DNA from: a virus
Length of the DNA: 15,876 bases
Virus genome (UHGV): UHGV-0274280
Strand: one strand, 5' to 3'
Position 1 is the first letter of the stretch. The number at the start of each line of letters is the position of its first letter. Under the pieces are notes generated by a model. That model searched no databases, was not told the origin of the DNA, and saw only the letters and a program-made list of their open reading frames with translations. This document shows, piece by piece, positions 7,598-15,600 of this stretch. The translations under genes and the position numbers were made by a program.

Positions 7598-8006
7598 CTT
7601 CTTTATCCTCTCTGTAAGCCGGGTGCATTGCCCGGTATTGCTCAATGGTCAAACCCTCGCTGGCCGCTGTAAGCCGTTCCTTTTGCTTACCTGCCAATCG
7701 CAAGGCGCTATCTCTCCAGCAAAGCAGAAAGAAGACGGTCAGCACCTGCTTACTCAAGCCATCCAGAAGATCGCCAAGCCCTTGATCCAGCAGACAGACA
7801 CGCCATGCAGCGGCGTGCTCAGTCATAGCACCGACTATCGGGACAGGTGCGCCAAGCATCGTCGCAAGCTGACTCATAACACTATTAGCATCGCCCGGAT
7901 GCAGCCGGGGAATAGACATGCGGCCAGCCTGCGCCAACAGTTCAGCGTACCGCTGGCGGCGTGGGTCATCATCTGCCAGCGCTCTAATCGGCTTTTCATC
8001 AGCCAT
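7581..8006 (-). CDS. hypothetical protein (141 aa)
   Basis: ATG at 8006 with GGAGG 9 nt upstream, 18 nt after the HNH gene stop; no motif recognised. Confidence 0.5.
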   Translation of the reverse strand: MADEKPIRALADDDPRRQRYAELLAQAGRMSIPRLHPGDANSVMSQLATMLGAPVPIVGAMTEHAAAWRVCLLDQGLGDLLDGLSKQVLTVFFLLCWRDSALRLAGKQKERLTAASEGLTIEQYRAMHPAYREDKEDDNHN

Positions 8007-8024
8007 TAATGGAACCTCCGAGGA

Positions 8025-8534
8025 TTAGGCAGCCTGCAATAAATCGGCTGGCGTTGAGGGATGGCATCTGGCTTTAGCTTTTAGATAGGCAGCACGCGCC
8101 GCCACTTCGGTAGTAAATAAGCCAAGGTGACGGAGTACACCATCAACGCGTATGTAAGCCTCCCATTTTCTACAGCCCTTATTCCAGCTATACCCCCTTG
8201 CCTTGCGTCGGTTCTGGTCGTTTTCCCGCTGCGTAACCAAGCGCAGATTGCATAGGCGATTGTCGTCACGGATACCGTTGATGTGATCGATCTGCTTACC
8301 ATGAGGAATAGCGCCATGCGCAAGAATCCACGCCACGCGATGGGCTTTTAGCTGGTACTGCTTGCCATCAAGTCGCAGGGCAACTTGACGATAGCCATCA
8401 GCTCGCCGGGTGGAGTCAGCATAGGAGCCAGCCTTAACCCGGCGTCGGTTAGCTTTATGGTGCAGGCGGCCTGTCACCGGGTCATACAGGAAAAGGGAAC
8501 ACAGCAGCTCAGGGGCGTAAGCATCATTAACCAT
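8025..8534 (-). CDS. HNH endonuclease with AP2-like DNA-binding domain (169 aa)
   Basis: HRVAWILAHGAIPHGKQIDHINGIRDDNRLCNLRLVTQRENDQN is a typical HNH_3-type motif, followed by GYSWNKGCRKWEAYIRVDGVLRHLGLFTTEVAARAAY (AP2-like). GGAGG 9 nt upstream of the ATG. Confidence 0.75.
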   Translation of the reverse strand: MVNDAYAPELLCSLFLYDPVTGRLHHKANRRRVKAGSYADSTRRADGYRQVALRLDGKQYQLKAHRVAWILAHGAIPHGKQIDHINGIRDDNRLCNLRLVTQRENDQNRRKARGYSWNKGCRKWEAYIRVDGVLRHLGLFTTEVAARAAYLKAKARCHPSTPADLLQAA

Positions 8535-8550
8535 GACTCAGCCCCTCCAG

Positions 8551-9546
8551 TTATGCAGCTTGTCGGAAATTGATAACGCAGTCAGGACGACGCAGCCCAA
8601 CGTTGAACAGGCGATATGAGTCCATCACCATTGTCATTTCGCGTTCATCATCCCACTGGCGATTGATGACGCTCTGCGCTTCGACCGTCAGCAGCACAGA
8701 GGAAGGTTTAAACAGCGTCGCCCTCGTCATCGCTTCCTCTGCGGTAACGTCATAATCAGCGCCCAGTTCATGCCCGGTAATGACTTCCTGCGGGTAACTG
8801 TTCAGCTCAATGACTCGCACCCCAGCGACATAGCCAACGCGACGCCATGCGTAATCGTTGCCACTATCCCGGCTGTAACGGACGTTCATCAGCTTCTTAT
8901 GTTCCATCAGGATGCTGAACCATGCAGGGTCAATGAGAAGCACCAGCTCGGCCACCGGAATATCTTTCTCAGTGAGGAAGCGATTAGCAGCCGCTTTGAC
9001 GGCGTGAACCAATTCGTTTGCGGCGTCCTCTTCGCTCCCCGCTGTCAGGTCGAGCGAGACAACGTTATTCGTAAGCGGGTTAAACGTTGGTTGCAGTGTC
9101 GGCGGCGGTACAAAGTCAGTCGCTTTGATTAACTGGATGGTGTGCGCTTCGTCGTAGAACTTAGCGTGCGCAGTGCCGATATTGCGGCTCAGCTCTGCGC
9201 GAAATGTGGGTGCTGTCCAATCGTCCTGATAGTCAATCGGGACGCGGATATAACTCAGCGTATCCACAGAGATAACCAACTTGTCCGACTTAACGGCGGT
9301 AGGCTCCAGCGATTGCCCTGCGGTTCTGCCCTTCACCTCAAGATCACCACTCAGGCGATCAATGCGGTATTGGTTGCTGCCTTTCAGCGGCCTGTATGTA
9401 GACAGCCCCTCGGCCAGAAATACGGATTTGGACTCTAAACGGGTCTGGACATCCCGGTCATAAGCCTCGATGTGAATATCATTGTCGGATTCCACCCCGC
9501 CATAATGTGGGCGAAACAGATCGGGACTGTACGAAGTATCAGCCAT
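8551..9546 (-). CDS. major capsid protein homolog, T7 gp10-like (331 aa from ATG at 9546)
   Basis: By-eye block alignment to T7 gp10A from memory: KLVISVDTLSYIRVPIDYQDD...RAELSRNIGTAHAKFYDEA vs KVITIDGLLTADVLIYDIED...RSEYTSQLGESLAMAADGA, and FLTEKDIPVAELVLLIDPAWFSIL vs LTKNYVPAADRVFYCDPDSYSAIL. Similar length (T7 gp10A is 345 aa). AGGAG 8 nt upstream of ATG 9546; the ORF track start at 9591 has no RBS. Confidence 0.6.
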   Translation of the reverse strand: MADTSYSPDLFRPHYGGVESDNDIHIEAYDRDVQTRLESKSVFLAEGLSTYRPLKGSNQYRIDRLSGDLEVKGRTAGQSLEPTAVKSDKLVISVDTLSYIRVPIDYQDDWTAPTFRAELSRNIGTAHAKFYDEAHTIQLIKATDFVPPPTLQPTFNPLTNNVVSLDLTAGSEEDAANELVHAVKAAANRFLTEKDIPVAELVLLIDPAWFSILMEHKKLMNVRYSRDSGNDYAWRRVGYVAGVRVIELNSYPQEVITGHELGADYDVTAEEAMTRATLFKPSSVLLTVEAQSVINRQWDDEREMTMVMDSYRLFNVGLRRPDCVINFRQAA

Positions 9547-9744
9547 AAACAAAACTCCTACGTAGGTTGATGAAGCCCGCGCCATCGTCATGGCACAGAC
9601 GTGCGGAATCCTCCCGCCGAGGCAGGATTCAGAACGGTATCGATTAAAGGGATGAGGTGCCCCGAAATGGGCGTTTTGAGGCCAGAGCTGGCGCGGTTCT
9701 CAGGGGTTAGTGCGCGTGAAGTAAGGCGAACGTATTACCTTGCA

Positions 9745-10158
9745 TTAGTGCGCACTCATACGCGCCATGTTCAACACCTTCCGCACAGAGGTTTCAGACA
9801 CGCCAACCTTGCTTGCAATGTAACGATTCTTCTGGCCTTTTGCAGAGCGAACGATAATGTCAGCGCGTATCGCCTCAGTGATTACCTTGCGGGGTCTGGC
9901 TCGATTCTTCTCGTGCCGTTCACGTTCGCGCATCCGCTCGGCCATCTTCGGCGGCAGCACAGGGGAAAGCCCACGGCTAACGCCAGATGTGCGGGTGCCG
10001 GATGTGGCAGACCGTGCAACGATATAAACCGCTTCGTCTGGATTGAAAACGTGCGGCACACGCTCAGGGTAAACATGATCACATCTACCCAGCGGCAAGG
10101 CGAAATCCGGGCGCACGTCAGCGACACGCTCCACAGCATGGAAATTACAGGTACTCAT
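9745..10158 (-). CDS. HTH DNA-binding protein (137 aa); possible small terminase subunit or regulator
   Basis: C-terminal helix-turn-helix-like segment RYIASKVGVSETSVRKVL preceded by a basic stretch; GAGG 6 nt upstream of the ATG. Function not assignable from sequence alone. Confidence 0.45.
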   Translation of the reverse strand: MSTCNFHAVERVADVRPDFALPLGRCDHVYPERVPHVFNPDEAVYIVARSATSGTRTSGVSRGLSPVLPPKMAERMRERERHEKNRARPRKVITEAIRADIIVRSAKGQKNRYIASKVGVSETSVRKVLNMARMSAH

Positions 10159-10297
10159 TACGAACCTCGGTTAATTAAAAACAGGCTTTCAGATGCCGCG
10201 CAGAATGCGGCTTGCGGGGACTCATGCGCATAGATTGGTGTGGTAGTACCGGGTCGGTGCGCACTCGGTCTTGCAGGGCGCATTCCACAGTTGGGCG

Positions 10298-10978
10298 TTA
10301 GCGACCAGCACGTTTGCCAGCGGAGCGCTGCGCAACCAGAGCGCGGTATTGTTCATCGTACTGGCGATGGCCGGGGCCATACCCTGATTGCTGCGCCCAC
10401 TGCGAAAGCTGGTCATACGCTGCTATAAACTCAGCATGTGACATTCCGACAGGTTGCGCGGCAGTCTGGCCGTTCGGGACGTAACCGGTAATGGAACCGC
10501 CAGCCATACGCTCTTGCAGATACTGAACCGCACGCGACATCTGCGCGGGATCGCCAGACATGACCATCCGTTCAAGGGTTGATTGCGTCCCGGCGTCGAG
10601 CGTGCCAGCGTACTGCAACATCGCGTCAACTGTACCCTGACCTAGCTGGCTTTCGACAGACTGGTGAAACTGCCCCATCAGCCCATGAAGTTCAGGAGTC
10701 AACTCAACAGTGGTGCCATCCTGTAATTGCAGTGTGTCGCCCACTTGCGCCCCAGCGCTGTCAGCGTTCTGGTCTTGCTGATTTGCGATATTGCCATTAT
10801 TCCATTGTCCGCCATCATTGCCGTTAACGGGTTGGGTACGGAGGAAATCAGCATCAGCAGGCGCAGAGCTAAAGCGGGATGCTCCATTGTCAACTCCAAC
10901 AGGTGCAGCCATGTATGGCGATTGCTGCGATGCAGCATCAGCACCGGAAAGGTACGGATTAACATTCTGGTCAGACAT
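10298..10978 (-). CDS. acidic Q/N/G-rich low-complexity protein (226 aa); possible scaffolding or other assembly protein
   Basis: AGGAGA 7 nt upstream of the ATG; sits two genes upstream of the capsid gene. Composition is rich in Q, N, G, D and A. Confidence 0.45.
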   Translation of the reverse strand: MSDQNVNPYLSGADAASQQSPYMAAPVGVDNGASRFSSAPADADFLRTQPVNGNDGGQWNNGNIANQQDQNADSAGAQVGDTLQLQDGTTVELTPELHGLMGQFHQSVESQLGQGTVDAMLQYAGTLDAGTQSTLERMVMSGDPAQMSRAVQYLQERMAGGSITGYVPNGQTAAQPVGMSHAEFIAAYDQLSQWAQQSGYGPGHRQYDEQYRALVAQRSAGKRAGR

Positions 10979-10981
10979 AAA

Positions 10982-11221
10982 TTACTCTCCTGATAATGCT
11001 CTAAAGTCGTGTACCTGCGCTAACAACAGCATATGAACAGGCACACAACGTTCCGGCAGTTTGCGCACACCGTGATACGCTTTACCCATATCCCGACGAT
11101 CAACCTGATAGGCGTGGGCGAGGTCTGCCTGACTCACCTCAAGCGATTCAGAAATCAGCTTTAATTGTGCAGCCCAGTCTGTATTCTTGCGGGGCGGCAG
11201 CAATACGATAGTTTTGCTCAT
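10982..11221 (-). CDS. hypothetical protein (79 aa)
   Basis: ATG with GAGGA 6 nt upstream; its stop is 4 nt before the next gene's ATG. Confidence 0.4.
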   Translation of the reverse strand: MSKTIVLLPPRKNTDWAAQLKLISESLEVSQADLAHAYQVDRRDMGKAYHGVRKLPERCVPVHMLLLAQVHDFRALSGE

Positions 11222-11233
11222 GGTAATTCCTCG

Positions 11234-11470
11234 TTAAAGTAATCCACGTTTACGAAGCCAACGACGCTCACCAACGGAGCCGCGCGGGCGTTGTTTCGGA
11301 TTCTGGTTAAGTGTTTGGCTGGGGTCAGTTCGACCTTTCCCGGTCAGGTTCTGCGTCAGCACATCCCAACCCCGTGATTCAATCGGAGCGTATCCTTCGC
11401 GTTGTTCGTCAAGGTTCACGTAGAGATCAGGGTTAACGGCGGGGTGCAGCGGTTCGTTCTCTGCCATCAT
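11234..11470 (-). CDS. hypothetical protein (78 aa)
   Basis: Start ATG overlaps the stop of the upstream gene (ATGA), indicating translational coupling. Confidence 0.4.
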   Translation of the reverse strand: MMAENEPLHPAVNPDLYVNLDEQREGYAPIESRGWDVLTQNLTGKGRTDPSQTLNQNPKQRPRGSVGERRWLRKRGLL

Positions 11471-12030
11471 TCAGCCTCGCTGAATTTGGAGTTAACAGAC
11501 TCCAGAGTATCCGGGTACGACCAACGATTTCTCAGGCAGCGTTGCACATGCGCGACGACCTCAACAGGGACGCCCAGCTTCCCGGCGATCTCCGCAGCAG
11601 GCCAACCGAAGCGCTCTAACTTGTGGATTTCATCTAAATCAGTAGGCACTAACTTGCGCACTACTTTCGGCTTCGCTGGCTTCACCTTCAAGGGTTTCTG
11701 TACCGGGTGCGTGTGGGCGTTGCTAAAGCGGGAATGGGCGATAGCCAGCACCGTCTCAGGGCGAATCAGCATATCGCGGGCAATCATAAACTCTGTATCG
11801 CGGTGCAGCTTGCCGGGCTTATAGCGGCTGCGGATGGCGTTGTACTCCGCCAGATTAATATCAGCATCGTCTTTCCAATGTTCGGCCAAGTCATCGACAT
11901 AGGCGCCACGGATTACTGCATCAATATCGGTCAGGGTATGACCTGTCTCCGCTGCAATCTCTTCATTGTTCTTTAGGTGCTTATGAGCCAGCGCGTTAAT
12001 GCGCTGGATATCGGTAATACTCAAAGTCAT
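11467..12030 (-). CDS. putative DNA-binding protein (187 aa) with C-terminal sigma-70 region-4-like HTH
   Basis: DLDEIHKLERFGWPAAEIAGKLGVPVEVVAHVQRCL resembles a region-4/LuxR-type HTH; GGAG 9 nt upstream; ATGA overlap with the upstream ORF. Confidence 0.5.
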   Translation of the reverse strand: MTLSITDIQRINALAHKHLKNNEEIAAETGHTLTDIDAVIRGAYVDDLAEHWKDDADINLAEYNAIRSRYKPGKLHRDTEFMIARDMLIRPETVLAIAHSRFSNAHTHPVQKPLKVKPAKPKVVRKLVPTDLDEIHKLERFGWPAAEIAGKLGVPVEVVAHVQRCLRNRWSYPDTLESVNSKFSEAE

Positions 12031-12203
12031 AAATTAAACTCCGAATCAAATTTGATCTGGTCAGTAACCAACGTGTGAATCAGCGCAAGGCTTGACGCGG
12101 TGTGTGTGCCCGACTTGCGGGCGTTGTCGTACATGAAGCGGACTACACGTTGATATTTCTCCGGCAGCGTGGCGAACCATTGCCGGAACTGTTCAGGGGT
12201 CAT
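12027..12203 (-). CDS. hypothetical small protein (58 aa), absent from the ORF track
   Basis: MTPEQFRQWFATLPEKYQRVVRFMYDNARKSGTHTASSLALIHTLVTDQIKFDSEFNL; its start overlaps the upstream stop (caATGAcc) and its stop overlaps the downstream start (ttATGAct), closing an apparent 170-bp gap in the operon. Confidence 0.35.
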   Translation of the reverse strand: MTPEQFRQWFATLPEKYQRVVRFMYDNARKSGTHTASSLALIHTLVTDQIKFDSEFNL

Positions 12204-12409
12204 TGGTCGTCATCCTCCGGGAACACGTTGTTAAAGGTTGTATCAGGCGAGTCGGCGGCGTTCTGCTTGAGGAAGTTCACGCAGGATGACAACTCGGCAG
12301 CAGCCATGCGTGACTCTCCCGCCTCGTCCTCCTTAAGCCTGCGCGTCAACGCACCCAGCAGCAGGGTTTTTAGTTCCCATGCTCCGGCTTCAAATTCAGA
12401 TTTCGTCAT
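12200..12409 (-). CDS. hypothetical protein (69 aa)
   Basis: ATGA overlap with the upstream 145-aa gene; acidic C-terminus. Confidence 0.4.
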   Translation of the reverse strand: MTKSEFEAGAWELKTLLLGALTRRLKEDEAGESRMAAAELSSCVNFLKQNAADSPDTTFNNVFPEDDDQ

Positions 12410-12843
12410 TGGTGGTTATCTCCAACTGGTAACAGGCCTAGCGCACGGATGTGCTGAATCACTTCTTGATGCACGGGCTTCGGCAGAAACAAACGGCGGG
12501 CAATGGCGGCGTAAACTTCATCAGGAGTCTTGCGTACCGGATGCACCCGGCCATTGAAAACCCGGTCGGACAACCGGACGGCTTTCCAGCGACGCGAGCC
12601 ATCCGGCCTTTTCATGCGGTTCAGTACAGCGGCCAGACACTCCCACGGCTCGCAATCATTCAGCAGGCAATATCGCTCCAGCGGTGTAAATACCTCGCGA
12701 ATGATGGCCTCACGATTAAGGGTCTTGCGATGAGGTTCGGCCAGTTCATCCCAGTTGTACCCATTCAGGGCGAAAGCTAGTTGTGCGGTGATGAGCGCAT
12801 CCGCACGCGCAGCACGACGCTGCGCATGTTCGGTAACAGGCAT
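12406..12843 (-). CDS. hypothetical protein (145 aa)
   Basis: ATG at 12843 with GGAG 8 nt upstream, 37 nt after the helicase stop; no motif recognised. Confidence 0.5.
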   Translation of the reverse strand: MPVTEHAQRRAARADALITAQLAFALNGYNWDELAEPHRKTLNREAIIREVFTPLERYCLLNDCEPWECLAAVLNRMKRPDGSRRWKAVRLSDRVFNGRVHPVRKTPDEVYAAIARRLFLPKPVHQEVIQHIRALGLLPVGDNHQ

Positions 12844-12880
12844 ATGATTAACTCCAGAGAATCAGGGAGAGCCTTTCGAC

Positions 12881-14725
12881 TCAGAGGTATTTAGCGATGT
12901 ACTGCCAGTTGCAGTTTTCAGGGCGGTAGAAGTAAGCAAGCTCATCAGGCGCAACATCCAGCGCCAGCGATGACCACAGCAGAAAAGCGCGGGCAGGTTC
13001 CCCATCGCGCCCGGCTCGTCCAATCATCTGAACGAGATCAGGCAAATCATCGGGGACGTATGTCACGACAACGTTACGGATATCAGGAACATCAGCACCC
13101 AGCCCGAAGGCTTTAGTAGCAATAAGAATCGCGCCCGGCGTAGAGGCAAACCACTCAGCGTTTGCGTGGCGTTCCTCGTTGCTCAGGTGCATCGTCTTCG
13201 AGTGATATGGCCGCGCCCGGTCGCCCAAGAGTTTCAGGTACGCCCGCAACGTTTTAAGGTCATTGACGAGAATAAGCGTCTTCTCTTCTTTCGGCAGAGC
13301 CTCGACCAGACCAATAGCCGCTCGGAAACGTTCGCGGCACTGTCTGACTGGCGTCAACTGGATATTCTCGCGAGCAACATCAGCGCGGAATGTTACGTAA
13401 TCGCCACGGCAGCCAAGCGACTCCATTAAACTGCGCTCATTTTCGCGTAGCAGCGTAGCCGTAAACACGCAGCGTTGAGCCGAAGGAAAGGCATTCTGTA
13501 GTGTGTGCTGCATTGCGTCGTAAGCTGGGCGGAAATCCCAGTCTTTGACCGTGTGTGCCTCATCGATAATAAAACGATCAACGCCATAAGCCATCAGCGC
13601 CGCGAGAACCTGACTCGACGGAACCAGATGTTCAGGCGAAACGACTGCAACCCGGAACGCCCCGGCAGCCAGCCCCGCCAGTTGTTGCGCATTGCGGTGC
13701 CTCGGCAGCTTGTCACCAAATGCCACAGCGTGAACGCCAGCCTCCCGCAACTGGCGGAGAATCTGACGCTTAAGGGTATTAGTAGGAACAACGATAACAG
13801 ACAGGCCAACGCCAGCGCGGGATTCATAAATCAATGGGTAAGTGAAGGCAGCGCTTTTGCCATACCCAGTAGGCAGAACGGCAAGCACATCACTGCCACG
13901 GGAAAAGATCGCATCAGCAACAGACAATTGCCCCGGCCTCCACTCCAGCCCATCAGGTGGCAGCAGGCTAACGCGTGCGTTTCGGTCACAGCGAGCCAGG
14001 GGGCGGAACTCATACGGCGTAGTATTCAGTGGCGGCACAGACGGCGAAGCAGCCAAGCCGTTCGGGTCACAATGATGATTTGTATTATTAAATCTATCTT
14101 CGGTAGGCTTCGACTCTCCACACCAAAATTGACGAAACTCCCCTGAGTCTCCGTAGCGTTTGAAATCTGCGTTACGCATCGCTTCCAGTTTACCCATGCC
14201 CCTGTTAATTCGGCGCATGGTCTTCTCATCGCAAATGAGAAACTCGCGGCAGGCTTTGAGAAAAGCATTCTGTCCGGTTGTTGATTCCGGCACGGCGTGC
14301 TCGCGCGGTTTCAATGCGGCATCGTCTACGCGAACGCCGGGGAAATCTGGCGGCAGTGGTTCAACATAACGAGCAGGCTTTTTATTTAGCCATTGCTCAA
14401 TCTCAGCGCGTCGGCAGTGAATCGCGTCGCCGGGCTGGATGACTTGCCGCAACCCAGCGTCAGAGCGCTGTTTTTGTTTCTTCGGTTGAACACCGTGCAG
14501 CGTTCGCCACTCCCGCAAGGTCATCGCGGAGCCATCTGCATTGTAATAAAACTCTTCGGTCTTTGTGTTGTATGCCGCCTTAACGGGCTTACGCTTTACG
14601 GGGCATATCTTGGAACGTCGAATAACAACCCCGTCAGCGATCATTTGCTGTACATCTGCGTCCGCAGTATTGAGCGGGTCAGCGTCGGCAGCCTGCGCAA
14701 GCAGGCGGCGTAGGTTTGTTGGCAT
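12881..14725 (-). CDS. RecQ-family DEAH-box superfamily-2 DNA helicase with ~270-aa N-terminal domain of unknown function (614 aa)
   Basis: Walker A LAVLPTGYGKSAAF, motif II FIIDEAHTVKDWDFRPAY (RecQ signature DEAH...W..DFRP.Y), motif III VFTATL, C-terminal ILIATKAFGLGADVPDIRNVVVTYVPDDLPDLVQMIGRAGRDG. GGAG 8 nt upstream of the ATG. First gene of the operon. Confidence 0.8.
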   Translation of the reverse strand: MPTNLRRLLAQAADADPLNTADADVQQMIADGVVIRRSKICPVKRKPVKAAYNTKTEEFYYNADGSAMTLREWRTLHGVQPKKQKQRSDAGLRQVIQPGDAIHCRRAEIEQWLNKKPARYVEPLPPDFPGVRVDDAALKPREHAVPESTTGQNAFLKACREFLICDEKTMRRINRGMGKLEAMRNADFKRYGDSGEFRQFWCGESKPTEDRFNNTNHHCDPNGLAASPSVPPLNTTPYEFRPLARCDRNARVSLLPPDGLEWRPGQLSVADAIFSRGSDVLAVLPTGYGKSAAFTYPLIYESRAGVGLSVIVVPTNTLKRQILRQLREAGVHAVAFGDKLPRHRNAQQLAGLAAGAFRVAVVSPEHLVPSSQVLAALMAYGVDRFIIDEAHTVKDWDFRPAYDAMQHTLQNAFPSAQRCVFTATLLRENERSLMESLGCRGDYVTFRADVARENIQLTPVRQCRERFRAAIGLVEALPKEEKTLILVNDLKTLRAYLKLLGDRARPYHSKTMHLSNEERHANAEWFASTPGAILIATKAFGLGADVPDIRNVVVTYVPDDLPDLVQMIGRAGRDGEPARAFLLWSSLALDVAPDELAYFYRPENCNWQYIAKYL

Positions 14726-15114
14726 GGTGAAATCTCCAGAAAATAGGGGTAGGTATTAGCTCAGGTTGGGGCGGTGGTACAGGTGCGGCAGACTCTCTGC
14801 CCTTATAGAGGTTTTCATGTCGGCAACAGTGTCAGTGTCTTTATCTGCCTTAATAGTCACTTTCAAAATCGGAGAGTTTGTCGCGCTTCGGGAGTTATTC
14901 TTTCTCCTTAGTAGATACCTTCATTAGGTCAATTTTTAACCACAACCTCGCTAAGCCTTACTGAGCCTGGGCTGGCAATACTTAACAGCGCGATTTTTGT
15001 CGGTCAAAAGCGGGAAAGTAATGCTCTATATCTCCTTATTAGTAGCCTTTAAAATTAAAAATATAAGTTACTGATATCAATAGATAATTATGAAAGTGTC
15101 TATAGTGATATAGT

Positions 15115-15600
15115 ATCGCTAGATACGCAGAGCGAGCGCGGCGCAGCCGAAACAAGCGAGCGCCGAACTGATGACGGATGGCAGACCGTAGGACTGACAG
15201 ACGGCAGACAGTGAAGGCAGTAGGACAGGTGACAGACAGTAACCGTGACGGCGTGCCATAGCTGGCAGTAGCACAGCAGGCAGTAAGACCAATGACCGAC
15301 GGCTAAGACCTGAAAGGAAACGAAAAAGAAAGATGATTGAACGATACAGAAATGAATGAAGATGTTTTGAAGAATACCTACCGATAACAGTATATGATTG
15401 ATTAAATTAACAATACCGATAAAGAGTACCGTTCCACTACACATCCCCGCCGCGTTGCCTGCCACGGCAAGCACGGTTGCGTAGAGTCGCCGAGCATCAG
15501 CAGCGGGCGAAGACCGGGAATGAGCCAAAGGCGATGGAGCGGGCTGGAGCATAGCGAGAAGCGCAGCAAGTGAAGAGAGCGAAGCACTCGTAACTACATT
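15115..15600. repeat. T-depleted, purine-rich non-coding region with short degenerate repeats (GGCAG x5, GGCAGTA x3, GACAG x5, AGCGAGCGC x2, GCGAAG x3)
   Basis: About 10% T in sampled 60-nt lines between 15121 and 15300. GGCAG starts at 15180, 15203, 15216, 15264, 15279; GACAG at 15196, 15207, 15224, 15231, 15235. No ORF of 60 aa or more on the plus strand. Confidence 0.5.

Noticed and set aside
7029-10428. Plus-strand ORFs (for example 7539-8009, 8770-9132, 9601-10233) and alternative-frame minus ORFs (8081-8323, 9882-10139)
   Set aside because: All overlap better-supported minus-strand genes with RBSs and coupling; high GC inflates random ORF length.
12102-14759. Plus-strand ORFs overlapping the helicase and neighbouring genes (for example 12102-12557, 13505-14146, 14393-14713)
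   Set aside because: Antisense to the RecQ-like helicase and coupled small genes; no independent support.
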